A DNA stretch of 43,525 nucleotides. Source: Thraustochytrium aureum (Eukaryota). The notes beneath the pieces are model-generated. The model made no database searches, was not told the origin of the DNA, and saw nothing but the letters and a program-made list of their open reading frames with translations. Positions 1 to 11,372 of this stretch are shown here, one piece after another. The position numbers and the translations under genes were made by a program. Location of the stretch: NCBI GenBank assembly GCA_012862495.1, contig BLSG01000257.1:115577-159101 (forward strand), read 5' to 3'. Position 1 is the stretch's first letter. Every line of letters begins with the position of its first letter.

Positions 1-459
1 GTCCCACACTGAATTGTGGGTCTTTGGTTTAGTTTGTGGGTGAACCGTCCAAAATTCACTCTCCAGCCAGGGAACCTCGCAAAGACCCCTTGCAACTTTC
101 CACATCGACAACCAGCCCAAAGCACTGCCACCTGCCTGCAAAGCCACCCGCGAACTTCAGGCGAGTGGTGGTTGCGACTCCGGCCGCTCGCCCACACGCC
201 GCTGTTGTGGCCGCCAAGCCGGTGAAGTGGTATTCGTCGAAGCGGCGCCACATCGCCGCGCCCAGGCGACCGTCGTCGCGCAACGTCAAACGGTCCCCTA
301 CAATATCGAAACGCCATCGTCGCAGAGCCAGACGAGGAACTCCCTGCACAGCACCAAAGCGGGAGTCTGGTGAGAAGTGCACCTTCTGGCCAGGCGCTTG
401 TGAAATCAAAACAAATCCGACGCAAACCTTTCTCACCTTCGTTGAAATTATTACAGGTC

Positions 460-822
460 TCATGGGACGCAGTCGGGCTTGCGCGGCGCAACGAGCGCAG
501 CTGGGTGGTCGCCACGGTGGAGTTGAACCTGCTCCAGCATAGAGCGAGACGCCTGAATCTGGGACTCTGAAACGCCACCCCGATCCAGCACTTGCTGCGG
601 GACCTGATATCTCACAGTCCCGTCCGCGCTCTGCAGCGCCTGCCACTTTTCGCTCGAGCGCGCTGTGGCCCAGTCCATCAGAAAGTACCCGCCCACGAGC
701 GGAATCGACATGTACGCAAGCATGGCGACGCGCTGGCCGTTCTTTGACAGCGGGACCCGCGTTGCATGAATCCTCTCTTTGAGCGCCCTGTGCTTCGCCG
801 CGAGTCTGCGCAGCGCGTCCAT
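460..822 (-). CDS. Small single-TM hypothetical protein (120 aa, MDALRRLAAK...)
   Basis: ATG at 822 within ORF 460..1068. Basic N-terminus followed by a hydrophobic helix (VAMLAYMSIPLVGGYFLMDWA) and natural-looking composition. Confidence 0.55.
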   Translation of the reverse strand: MDALRRLAAKHRALKERIHATRVPLSKNGQRVAMLAYMSIPLVGGYFLMDWATARSSEKWQALQSADGTVRYQVPQQVLDRGGVSESQIQASRSMLEQVQLHRGDHPAALVAPRKPDCVP

Positions 823-1266
823 CGCACTCGCGAGTCCGGGCGGCAGGTCGGCGCTGCCGAGGCAGCCAACCCCGCGACCTGCTGGCCTTCCCACGACGCG
901 GCGCAGCTGCCGGGACCGAGCCCGAGCCCGCTCCTTCCCGCGACCGCCGTCAACGCTGCTTGCTTGCCCTCCACGCGGCCGCCGCCTCGCTGAGCTGCGC
1001 AGCTCTCGAGAGTCTCCGAAGACTCGCTCCTCTGCCGGCCTCACCTGAGCGCCATTAAGGCGCCACACGCTGCTTGCTGCTGCTGCTTCGCTCCGAAACG
1101 AGCAGGCGCCGTTAAGGTGGAGACCGCGCGCCTATGTGCAAGGTGGCGCCGTGGGACGGGACGCCGCCAGAACTGCAGCAGTCCCTCAACGCGGACGCGC
1201 GCGCAGTGGAGCGAGACACAGCGGCTGACGCGGGCCCCTGTCGCCGCGCGCCGCTCGGGCCGGATC

Positions 1267-1294
<28 letters not shown>
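1267..1294. repeat. (CTG)n microsatellite
   Basis: About 9 CTG units read directly. Confidence 0.9.
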
Positions 1295-1297
<3 letters not shown>

Positions 1298-1633
1298 TGC
1301 TCGCCGTGGAAGCAGGCCAGATCNNNNNNNNNNNNNNNNNNNNNNNNNNNNNNNNNNNNNNNNNNNNNNNNNNNNNNNNNNNNNNNNNNNNNNNNNNNNN
1401 NNNNNNNNNNNNNNNNNNNNNNNNNNNNNNNNNNNNNNNNNNNNNNNNNNNNNNNNNNNNNNNNNNNNNNNNNNNNNNNNNNNNNNNNNNNNNNNNNNNN
1501 NNNNNNNNNNNNNNNNNNNNNNNNNNNNNNNNNNNNNNNNNNNNNNNNNNNNNNGTTTGGTTGCTCGCCGTGGAAGACAGGCCAGATCGCGAAGTTTTTG
1601 TTCTGTTTTGATTGAGGTCGTTGTTGCCACGAG

Positions 1634-4600
1634 ATGGGTATCGTCGCGGCGGTCATGACGAGGTGGAGGGCGAGAGCGCTGCGCGCGGCGGTGATGGTCG
1701 CGGTAGTGATCGGGGCCGCCAGCGCTGCGGGGAAGGGGCTGGAGAGGCAGGGCATCGTGTGGCCGCGGGAAGAGGAGTGGGTCGTGTTTGTGGACGGGGC
1801 AAGGGTGGACGTGGACGAGGCCAGCAACGACTTGGTTTGCGATGATGCCCTCGAGCGCGCACGACAGCTTGCGCAGTCGCTTTGCGCGACGTACGAGCTG
1901 CGTGATGATAACTGCGAGGCTTCGACCGAAACTGTAGTCAAAGCAGCACGAAGCACCGCAAAGGGGAGTGCTCGCGGCGTCAAGGTGCTGGTTGACAGGT
2001 CCATCTCTGTGCGTGTGCAGCTTCGGGAGGGAGACGGGGAAGCGTACTTTAAGCCGATGAAGCTGTACGTTGACGAGAGTCTCGACGCCGTAGTCACGGC
2101 GTTCTGCTCGGACAACCGGCTCGAAGGCACGAGCTGCACCAAAGTCGCAAATGACACGCTGCCGCACTTTGCTCGGATGAAAGAAAAGGTGGTTCAGAGC
2201 TTGATAAGGCGGTACGAGATCATAAATGCTGCAATGTCTCGCCTGCGCGCGGGGACAGCCGAGCAGAAGGATGTCGTCAACATCAGGCACAACCTGAAAG
2301 CGGCCTTGGCGGTGGAGCCCAACAACTGGAAGGCCCTCAAACTCTTGGGCGAGGTTTTCGGCATCGCGTCGAGCAACGCGTGGACTGCGGCCCAGCTGGA
2401 AGAAGGAAACTCGACTTCGCTGATGCTCCAGAGCCTTGACGGGTATGCCAAAGCTCTCGAAGCTCTTGGCAAATTCGAAACGCACGCGGAGGACGACTGG
2501 TCAGCACCGAGAGTGGAGCTGACCACGGAGCGGTTCGAACTGCTCGTCTTGAAGGCCCGTGCCGCAATGCACCTGAGTGAGACTGAAAGCGCGCGCGACA
2601 TGCTGACGTCGACATTTTCGCAGGTGAAGAGCACCATTCAGCACGCCGAGGCGAACGCGCCAACGACAGTCTTGGACGCCTTGCGGAAAACTGCGGTAGC
2701 CTGCGCCGACTTGCTCGCTACGCTAGAGGCCAACGTGGGCAATGCGGCGGCTGCAAAGGGAGGCCATCGAGGCCGGCCTGAAGCTGGCGCCAGCGTCGCT
2801 GGAGACCGGGCAACACATTGCGCGAGAGATTTTCGCCGCGTCCAGCCTTCCGTTCGTTTCGCGCTCGCTCGAGGAGGGGAGNNNNNNNNNNNNNNNNNNN
2901 NNNNNNNNNNNNNNNNNNNNNNNNNNNNNNNNNNNNNNNNNNNNNNNNNNNNNNNNNNNNNNNNNNNNNNNNNNNNNNNNNNNNNNNNNNNNNNNNNNNN
3001 NNNNNNNNNNNNNNNNNNNNNNNNNNNNNNNNNNNNNNNNNNNNNNNNNNNNNNNNNNNNNNNNNNNNNNNNNNNNNNNNNNNNNNNNNNNNNNNNNNNN
3101 NNNNNNNNNNNNNNNNNNNNNNNNNNNNNNNNNNNNNNNNNNNNNNNNNNNNNNNNNNNNNNNNNNNNNNNNNNNNNNNNNNNNNNNNNNNNNNNNNNNN
3201 NNNNNNNNNNNNNNNNNNNNNNNNNNNNNNNNNNNNNNNNNNNNNNNNNNNNNNNNNNNNNNNNNNNNNNNNNNNNNNNNNNNNNNNNNNNNNNNNNNNN
3301 NNNNNNNNNNNNNNNNNNNNNNNNNNNNNNNNNNNNNNNNNNNNNNNNNNNNNNNNNNNNNNNNNNNNNNNNNNNNNNNNNNNNNNNNNNNNNNNNNNNN
3401 NNNNNNNNNNNNNNNNNNNNNNNNNNNNNNNNNNNNNNNNNNNNNNNNNNNNNNNNNNNNNNNNNNNNNNNNNNNNNNNNNNNNNNNNNNNNNNNNNNNN
3501 NNNNNNNNNNNNNNNNNNNNNNNNNNNNNNNNNNNNNNNNNNNNNNNNNNNNNNNNNNNNNNNNNNNNNNNNNNNNNNNNNNNNNNNNNNNNNNNNNNNN
3601 NNNNNNNNNNNNNNNNNNNNNNNNNNNNNNNNNNNNNNNNNNNNNNNNNNNNNNNNNNNNNNNNNNNNNNNNNNNNNNNNNNNNNNNNNNNNNNNNNNNN
3701 NNNNNNNNNNNNNNNNNNNNNNNNNNNNNNNNNNNNNNNNNNNNNNNNNNNNNNNNNNNNNNNNNNNGGCGCTGGCACAANCGGGGGGGGCACGTGTTGG
3801 GCGATGTCAACGTGTACTACTTGCCGCATAGGCTGATGAAGCTGCATCCGAGCATGGACGAGGCGCTCGCAGGGATCTTGCAACGTGACCCGAAGGGCGT
3901 TTTGGTCCTCCTCCGCGGCAAGGAGACGGCGGGGACCTTTTCTGTATTTCGAGAGGGTCGACGCAAGCTCATGGCCCGGTTTGCGGCCTTTCCTGTGATG
4001 GCTGGCCGCGTCGCGTGGGTGCCGGAGCTGACGCTAGGCGAGTTCCTGGCAATGGCGACCCTAGCCACGGTTGTGCTGGAGGCGTTTGGGTCGTTTGGCA
4101 GCGGGGTCACTGCGCTGGAGGCGTTCTCTGTGGGCGTCCCGCTCGTTTCGTTTCCTGCGCGGCTCAAGGTCGGGCCCAGCGCGCACGGGCTGTACAAGCA
4201 GGTGGCGGCTGCGACTGGGCTCGAGTGGGTTGCCCAAGAGCTCAGCTGCTTGGACCCGCAGGACCTGGCGTGTTACGTGGACAAGGCCGTGAAGTTCGCT
4301 TCGGACGCGCAGGTCCGGCGTCGCTGGCGGGATTTGATGCTGAACAACACGGCGGCGCGGGCCGCGCTCTTCTCCTCGACGGCGGTTGTGGACGAGTGGG
4401 AGCGCGTGCTGAACGGCTTGCACGACAACGTTTCGCCGCAGTTCGAGTATGTCGATGTGGAGGAGGATCCGCTGGAGGAGCTGTCTCCAGAGTTGCTCGC
4501 TTCGCTAGGATTCGCGAAGGTCAGTCTGTCGGATGAGAGCAGCCCGTCGGTTGCGGAGGGCCAAGCTGTGAAGCAGGATGCGCTATTCACTCCGCACGTG

Positions 4601-4666
4601 ATCGTGCTCGCTCACACGATCAAGCCTCTCGTCTTGGCCAATTCGTCCGACCCCGATCTCTCGTAG
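1634..4666 (+). CDS. TPR-containing GT41 / SPINDLY-OGT-like glycosyltransferase with N-terminal signal peptide (gapped, probable frameshift at ~2758)
   Basis: Hydrophobic N-terminus (ALRAAVMVAVVIGAASAAG) and TPR-like helices (ALAVEPNNWKALKLLGEVF). The C-terminal part after the gap has GT41-type motifs (YYLPHRLMKLHPSMDEALAGILQRDP; VVLEAFGSFGSGVTALEAFSVGVPLVSFP). An extra G in the run at 2758-2760 shifts the frame. Confidence 0.7.
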   Translation: MGIVAAVMTRWRARALRAAVMVAVVIGAASAAGKGLERQGIVWPREEEWVVFVDGARVDVDEASNDLVCDDALERARQLAQSLCATYELRDDNCEASTETVVKAARSTAKGSARGVKVLVDRSISVRVQLREGDGEAYFKPMKLYVDESLDAVVTAFCSDNRLEGTSCTKVANDTLPHFARMKEKVVQSLIRRYEIINAAMSRLRAGTAEQKDVVNIRHNLKAALAVEPNNWKALKLLGEVFGIASSNAWTAAQLEEGNSTSLMLQSLDGYAKALEALGKFETHAEDDWSAPRVELTTERFELLVLKARAAMHLSETESARDMLTSTFSQVKSTIQHAEANAPTTVLDALRKTAVACADLLATLEANVGNAAAAKGGHRGRPEAGASVAGDRATHCARDFRRVQPSVRFALARGGEXXXXXXXXXXXXXXXXXXXXXXXXXXXXXXXXXXXXXXXXXXXXXXXXXXXXXXXXXXXXXXXXXXXXXXXXXXXXXXXXXXXXXXXXXXXXXXXXXXXXXXXXXXXXXXXXXXXXXXXXXXXXXXXXXXXXXXXXXXXXXXXXXXXXXXXXXXXXXXXXXXXXXXXXXXXXXXXXXXXXXXXXXXXXXXXXXXXXXXXXXXXXXXXXXXXXXXXXXXXXXXXXXXXXXXXXXXXXXXXXXXXXXXXXXXXXXXXXXXXXXXXXXXXXXXXXXXXXXXXXXXXXXXXXXXXXXXXXRWHXRGGHVLGDVNVYYLPHRLMKLHPSMDEALAGILQRDPKGVLVLLRGKETAGTFSVFREGRRKLMARFAAFPVMAGRVAWVPELTLGEFLAMATLATVVLEAFGSFGSGVTALEAFSVGVPLVSFPARLKVGPSAHGLYKQVAAATGLEWVAQELSCLDPQDLACYVDKAVKFASDAQVRRRWRDLMLNNTAARAALFSSTAVVDEWERVLNGLHDNVSPQFEYVDVEEDPLEELSPELLASLGFAKVSLSDESSPSVAEGQAVKQDALFTPHVIVLAHTIKPLVLANSSDPDLS

Positions 4667-5271
4667 GCTTGTAGCGTCCGCCATGTAGAGTATACTTTTG
4701 CAACGTCGAAGAAGGCCTGCCTGCTTGATTGAGCGACAAGTCACTTTCCCTTCTCTTGTCATGAGCAGCGAGCGTCCCATCCCAGATGCAACTTGAAGCC
4801 GCACGACGCCTTTGCTGATTCTGGTGATGAGAACCATCGCAAGGGGGCGAGGAAGCCGCGAGATCGAAGCGGGCCGCCTGCCTGCCTGCATGGGACTCGC
4901 GTCCCGCTCGTCCCAGGATCGACCCAATGCACACGTCGTCCTCAGGCGTGAGGGCGGCACTGGCAATTCATTCTTTGGCGGCAGTCCGTCTGTTGGGCTT
5001 CGCGTGGCCCTGCGGCGTAGCCAGTGGCGCGACAGGTCCGAGCCACGCCAATCCCGGGTGCTCCGACGCGCGCACAAATCGCGCTGCAAAAAGCCCAGTC
5101 TGTCAGGCAGTGTCCCAACGATCAAACGAAGCGAGGGTTGTTCGCGAAGAGAAAGCCAACTTGCCAAGTGCTGTTCTGATGAGAGGGGGATGGAACGTGC
5201 GGCTCTGCGAGGCGGAGCCATGAGTTCAGCCGGTTGGCTCATGAGAGGGGAGGAAGTGAGCGGCTGCGCGC

Positions 5272-6178
5272 TGTGAGGGGCCGCAGCCACCTCCCTCCCT
5301 CCCTCACAACGTTCGAGGAGGACGGTTCTTTCATTCATTCATTCATTCATTCATTCATTCATTCTTTCTTTCTTTCTTTCTTTCTCCTCTGCTCGTCGGC
5401 CAACTGAAACGCCTCACAGAGCGAGTGAGAGGGCAAGTGAGACAGTCAGCGAGTAAGTGAGTGAGCGAGCGAGTGAGTGAGTGAGAGAGTGAGTGAGGTA
5501 CGAGTAGGGAGAGGGAGAGGCCAGGTGGGAGCCGTGCCGGAGGTCCCCCTCAGGGCCTCAGCAGGGCGGGGAGAGAACGTTTTTGCGCGCCCATCAATCA
5601 ACTCGCGGGACAATAGGCGTTGCCCTAGTGGAGCGCGTAGGCCTTCGTGCAGAGAGGAGCGCGCCCCGGCGCACCTGCTGTCTCTCTGCACCAGAGGGAG
5701 AGCGAGCTGAACGGCGCGAAAACTGCACGGCTGAATCTGCTGTGGAGCCCCTCACAACGCGAAAGATTCGCTCGAGAACAGCGGATCGCCTCACGAGAGC
5801 CGCCACCGTCCCTCGGATGGACCGTGAGGGGCGCCAATCAAGTAAGAGGGACAGAAAAACCAAACGAAAAAAGGAAAAAAACGAGTTCGCCGCTCCAATC
5901 GCGCGGGGAGAGGAGGAATCCCGTTACTCTTGCGCGGAGGGAGCGAAACGAAAGGAAGGGGGGTTTGGTGTGAGGCAGGCCTCTTTTCTCGACGCGTCGT
6001 TTTGGGAGGGAAGGGCGGATGTCCCTCTCCTCTCTTGCAGGCACTGGGCCCCGAAAAGTCCAACTCGTCGCTCTCCTGCCGCCTCACATGGCGCATCGCT
6101 GGCTTTGTGAGGGAGACGCTCGCTGTCCTCACAGGGCGCCGCGCTGGCTTTGTGAGGAACGTCCACGTCACACTCACA
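5272..6178. promoter_or_regulatory. Cluster of CCTCACA/TGTGAGG motifs (candidate TF binding sites)
   Basis: Exact copies at 5272, 5302, 5412, 5750, 5969, 6082, 6106, 6127 and 6151, with variants at 5789, 5823 and 6172. Two CCTCACA-N17-TGTGAGG inverted pairs lie at 6082-6112 and 6127-6157. Confidence 0.5.
5330..5384. repeat. Compound (TTCA)n(TTCT)n microsatellite
   Basis: Read directly. Confidence 0.9.
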
Positions 6179-6359
6179 GGGCGGCTCGCGCCCTGCAAAC
6201 CCGAACTGAACTCCTCCCAAAGGCCAAACCAGCCACGAACAAAGAAAATCCGGCAACCCACATCCCCCTCAAGGCAAGGAGCGTCCCTCTGAGGCCACGC
6301 CGAAAAAGGAAAAAAAAAAAGGCGAAAAAAAGGCGAAAAAAAGGGAAAAAAGGGGAAAA

Positions 6360-6406
6360 CGTAAATAAACTTACGTAATAGACATACATTATACGAAGTT
6401 ATACGA
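6360..6406. other. 454 Titanium paired-end (loxP) linker remnant, an assembly artefact
   Basis: cgtaaataaacttacgtaatagacatacattatacgaagttatacga matches the reverse complement of the Titanium linker (CGTAATAACTTCGTATAGCATACATTATACGAAGTTATACGA) with insertions, at a contig end. Confidence 0.9.
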
Positions 6407-6879
6407 NNNNNNNNNNNNNNNNNNNNNNNNNNNNNNNNNNNNNNNNNNNNNNNNNNNNNNNNNNNNNNNNNNNNNNNNNNNNNNNNNNNNNNNNNNNNNN
6501 NNNNNNNNNNNNNNNNNNNNNNNNNNNNNNNNNNNNNNNNNNNNNNNNNNNNNNNNNNNNNNNNNNNNNNNNNNNNNNNNNNNNNNNNNNNNNNNNNNNN
6601 NNNNNNNNNNNNNNNNNNNNNNNNNNNNNNNNNNNNNNNNNNNNNNNNNNNNNNNNNNNNNNNNNNNNNNNNNNNNNNNNNNNNNNNNNNNNNNNNNNNN
6701 NNNNNNNNNNNNNNNNNNNNNNNNNNNNNNNNNNNNNNNNNNNNNNNNNNNNNNNNNNNNNNNNNNNNNNNNNNNNNNNNNNNNNNNNNNNNNNNNNNNN
6801 NNNNNNNNNNNNNNNNNNNNNNNNNNNNNNNNNNNNNNNNNNNNNNNNNNNNNNNNNNNNNNNNNNNNNNNNNNNNNGG

Positions 6880-7864
6880 CCCTACATCAACACGGCGAGC
6901 CCCGACATCCTCAAGACCCTGCTTGACGACGAGCCCACGCGAATGGGGTCCCCTACGCGGCCCGCATCGTCTGTGCGCCCTGCAGATGCGAAACGGCCCG
7001 CGACCGAGGCGCTCGGCGCTGTTGCATCCGGGCCGGCGTCGCCCAAACGCGCCAAGCAAGCCGGCAGCGCCCTCTCCGGCCCCGCCTCGCCGAGCCGGCC
7101 TGGGCCTTCTGCCGCTGCTCTCAAGTCGTCGCCGATCGCCCCGACCAGCGAGCCTGCCCCCGCCCAGCGCCCTGTCGCCGACTCGAGCGCCGCCTTGCTT
7201 TTGCCGAAGAAGCGCACGGTCTCGAAGGCAGCCGCCTCGGCGTCCCAGCAGAGCGCGCCGGCCCACCGGAAACTGACAATCTCAACCGCCCTCAGCAACG
7301 CCCCGTTCGGCAGCGCGGGCTCGAGCATGTCGGAGCGCGAGGCGCACGTCATGAGGAGCCGCGACGAGGAAGACCTCAAGTGGCTCGTCTCGATGTCGGC
7401 CCGCATGCCGGACGCCTCGCCCACCGCGGTGTCCGACTTTGCCTTTTACCAGGACTTTGACAACGGCGACGATTTGTTCCTGCCAATGACCCCGACGCCA
7501 GAGGAGGACGAGCACGCCATTTCGAGTGGCAAGCCCTCCACCGATCGCTCTGCCCTGGCCGCGCAGCCCTCGCCCGGCGCGCGCAAGTCCCTGGCTGCTG
7601 TCGTCGACGCCGACTCGGACGCCGCGTCACACCTCGCTGTCTCCGAGGCGCAGAGCCTCGAGGAGTGGATCTCGTCCTCCGAGACTTCTGGCAGCATTGA
7701 CGGGACCGAGTCTGACCTGCTCTCCGTGGAGGCGGCTTCGGACTGCGACGGCCTCGACCATCCGCCCGAGCTCACCGAGATGGGGGCCTTTCACCAAGTT
7801 TGTCTTTGGCGATGATGGCCTTGAGGACTCTGGCAAGCGCGCTGCGCTGGCGGCGGGCTTTTGA
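6880..7864 (+). CDS. C-terminal part of a Ser/Pro/Ala-rich, acidic-tailed protein (possible transcription regulator); 5' end in gap
   Basis: Frame is open from the gap edge (PYINTASPDILKTLLDDEPTRMGSP...) to 7815. A probable homopolymer frameshift near 7790 would extend it to ...FTKFVFGDDGLEDSGKRAALAAGF* at 7864. Codons are GC3-rich. Confidence 0.6.
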
Positions 7865-8486
7865 CACCTCACCGTGGGGTGGCACTCCTCCGTCTTTACA
7901 GTGAGGCGCTGCGGCGCTCAGCTTGCGCTGCTCTGCCCGCTTTGCTGCGGAGTTTGCCCGTCCCCCCCCCTCTCTCTCCCTTCTCTCACTATCCTCCTGC
8001 TCGTCCGCGCGACGAGACCTGCACTGAACCTGGCCTGTGTTTTGGCGGCTGGCAGACGGCGGATTGACTGACTTATCCTGTCAAGCTCCTCTTTGGTCAA
8101 GCTTGCTCAACCGCACGGATTGCTTTCTACGCGCGTCAAGCGAGCAAGATGAAATCATGAGGGGTGGATGGGGTCGGTTGTCTGACCTCGCCCTGCTGCC
8201 GGCACGAATCGCTTTGAAAAGCGGGCGCGTCGCTGCGCTGCGCTTCCCAAAACCTCACCCTACTAGCACCCAACTAACCTGCGTACTCTACTGCCTCCGA
8301 AAGCTGCGAATCCGCGCTCTGCCTTGCCCTTGCACGCGTCGTCGTGGTGTGGTGAGCGCCCCTGCAACAGGGCGACTGGGGCAACTTTCTCCGCATGGCG
8401 CCGAGCAAGGGAGCGGCGATAGGTGATGCACAGCCGATCGTTGATATAGTCAATTGCAGCTAATCAGACTTGGCCCAGCCAAATAG

Positions 8487-11372
8487 CTAGCCGAAGAGGC
8501 CCCACAACCGGCCCGAGCGGGGCACGCTAACCGCCTCGACCGCCTCCGCCGCGCCCGCCTCGCCCGCCTCGATACTTTCCCCCTCCTTCGCGGCGCTGCG
8601 CCTCTTCTTGCTCTTGCGCTTTCGGCGCTTTTTGCTAGACCCGTCGCGACGGCCCTTGCTCCTGGGCGTCGCCGTCTCCTCGGGCTCGTCGTCTCCCTCC
8701 TCCTCCTCCTCCTCGTCCTCTTCGCCTTCCTTGCNNNNNNNNNNNNNNNNNNNNNNNNNNNNNNNNNNNNNNNNNNNNNNNNNNNNNNNNNNNNNNNNNN
8801 NNNNNNNNNNNNNNNNNNNNNNNNNNNNNNNNNNNNNNNNNNNNNNNNNNNNNNNNNNNNNNNNNNNNNNNNNNNNNNNNNNNNNNNNNNNNNNNNNNNN
8901 NNNNNNNNNNNNNNNNNNNNNNNNNNNNNNNNNNNNNNNNNNNNNNNNNNNNNNNNNNNNNNNNNNNNNNNNNNNNNNNNNNNNNNNNNNNNNNNNNNNN
9001 NNNNNNNNNNNNNNNNNNNNNNNNNNNNNNNNNNNNNNNNNNNNNNNNNNNNNNNNNNNNNNNNNNNNNNNNNNNNNNNNNNNNNNNNNNNNNNNNNNNN
9101 NNNNNNNNNNNNNNNNNNNNNNNNNNNNNNNNNNNNNNNNNNNNNNNNNNNNNNNNNNNNNNNNNNNNNNNNNNNNNNNNNNNNNNNNNNNNNNNNNNNN
9201 NNNNNNNNNNNNNNNNNNNNNNNNNNNNNNNNNNNNNNNNNNNNNNNNNCTTCGTCGAGTTGCCCTTGGTTCGGCGGCGCGAAGCCCGCGACGGCGTCTC
9301 GGGGGGCGACTCGGGCAGAACGACCGCGGCCACCGTCACGGCAGCCCCGGCGGATCCCAGCGAGGCCTTGCTCGCTCCGCCATTCTCCTCCACGATGGGA
9401 GGCAGGTCCGTCACACGGTCGCGGTTCACGCTGCGCCTGGAATCGGCCGAGCGCGGCTGGCCGAGCTCGCCCAGCGAATCGCTCACAAAGAACGAGCGGA
9501 CCTTGTAAAACACCTGGAGCGCGACCTTGAAGATGTTGTGCGCCCCGCGAAAGTAGGGCAGCTGCAACCAAAGCGTCAGCACCAGGAGCATGTGGTGGTA
9601 GAACGGAAACCAGAACAGCACCACCGACACAATGCCGTGCGCCAGCATGACGAGCGAGAAGACCACCCAGTACTCGGCCCACTGCGTGCACTGGACGGCG
9701 CCGTTGGCGATGCTGATGCTGTTGGAGCGAAACCGCTTGAGCGACGGCGCGTCCTTTGCCTCCGCGGCCGCGAGCGTGACGCGCTGTGCGCGCTCCATGG
9801 CCACAATCACGCGCGTGCCAGACACGATTGGCCGCCCGACACCCACCAAGATGGCGCCGATGCCGGTGAAGACCGCGGGCAGGAAGAAAAACGGCATCGC
9901 CACCATGACCACGGTCCCGCCCGTGTGGAACACCTCGGCCAGCTTGACGCGAGTCTCGGGCCCGATGAGCCGAAACGCGAACAGCAGGTTGCCAAAAGGT
10001 TCTGCTGCTCCACTGACACGGAGGGGCCCGCGACGTTGCCCAGGTACCGGTCAATGATGGGAACCACGAGGCGGAAACCGAGCGAGGCGCCGGCCGTGCC
10101 AGGGAGCTGCAGCCACAGCGACCACATCACACGGAGCGGGGGCCAGATCGGCACCACGGCGAGCATGTGGCCCGTGAGCGGCAGCTGCTCGACGAGCAAG
10201 GCCAGCCCGAGGACAGTCCAGTACTGCAACCAGTACAGGACGCTCTGCAGCTCGCCGTACAGCTCGAGCGAGGCGTCCGGGTCGTTCTCGAGCCGCTTCG
10301 GGTACCGGATTCCCTCCACGATGGACACGTCGTTCGAGTCGATCGAGCCCACAGAGCTCGTGTCGTCCTCGCTGCTGTCCGCCCGGCGCCGATCGCTCTT
10401 GCGCGCAGGCGAGAACCACGACGAGAACAGCTTCGTGGCCGAGTCGGCCAGGTTGAGCTGCTGCGTCTCGGCGCTGTCGGGCGTGGGGAAGTGCGAAAAG
10501 GTGCGCCGCCGCTGCCCGTGGTACTTTTCGACCTTCTTGCGGTATGCGATGTCGTAAACGATGAGCGCGCGCGTGGTGAGCACGACGGGGAGCCCAATCA
10601 CGACCGTCCAGCCGCCGATGCCGCGCGAAAACTCTGTGAACTGCGCGCGGAAAACGACGAAGGCGGCGCCCGCGCCGATCGCAAAGATCAAGTGGGGCAG
10701 CAGCTCGGCGAGGATCTTGGACTCGCGGCGCACCTCGTCGGCGACCGAGAGGTAGACGCCGTGCACCGCGTTCCAGCGGCGCATGTACCAGCCCTGCACG
10801 CGCTCGACGTACTTGCGCCGGCGGATCTCGCGCTGCAACAGAATGGCCGCCACCACAGCCAACAAGGCGGCGCCCATCGCCAGCTTAGTGGTCCAGTGCG
10901 TGTTGAGGAAAAACTTCCACGTGGCGCGGATCGAGGGCTGCATCGCCGACATGCCGCTCTTGGTAATGCGGAATGTCTGGTGCGAGGTGGGCAGCAGGAT
11001 CGCCACGATCAGGCGGGCCCACAGCTGGGCCGAGAGCCACGTCGTCTGGCAGGCCATGATGAAGACGTCCTTCGCGACGTTGACGTTGACCTCCTGGTGT
11101 TCGGCCACCTGCGAGGCGATCGCCTTGTTGTTGCTGCTCGACGCCAGTTGCATCAGGCCGCCGATCGACGCCATCACGGAAAAGATGAGCAAGAACACGC
11201 CCATCGACTTGAAAAACGAGTCAACGTCCGACAAGCCCAGCTCCTCGCGCACCTCCGACTGCGTGCGCTGCCTCAGCAGCGGCGCCGGCCGCTTCTTCTT
11301 CCCATTCTTCCGTTTCTTCTCCGTCTCCTCCACCAGCTTCACCGTCTCCTCGTCCACGTCGAGCTCCTCCAT
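8487..11372 (-). CDS. Multi-TM protein with two HVA22/TB2-DP1 (REEP-like) domains and a charged C-terminal tail
   Basis: Two REEP motifs: WLQYWTVLGLALLVE...WSLWLQLPGTAGA and QWAEYWVVFSL...WFPFYHHMLLVLTLWLQLPYFRGA. ORFs 9807..11372 and 8635..9933 join by a missing base in the A run at 9994-9997. After the gap the tail reads ...EEDEEEEEEGDD...SGRLWGLFG* (stop at 8487). Confidence 0.75.

Noticed and set aside
1298..1588. Direct repeat (TGCTCGCCGTGGAAG(A)CAGGCCAGATC) flanking the N gap, resembling a target-site duplication
   Set aside because: Most likely unmerged overlapping contig ends, differing by one inserted base.
6082..6178. CRISPR-like palindromic repeats with spacers
   Set aside because: Only two full units and a partial third, with short spacers and no cas genes; better explained as a motif cluster.
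4670..6300. Several 100-250 aa ORFs
   Set aside because: Arg/Ser-rich translations of GC-rich, microsatellite-containing non-coding DNA.
6360..6406. loxP-like site suggesting a Cre/phage P1 element or engineered locus
   Set aside because: It matches the 454 Titanium paired-end linker with pyrosequencing-type insertions at a contig end, so it is a library artefact.
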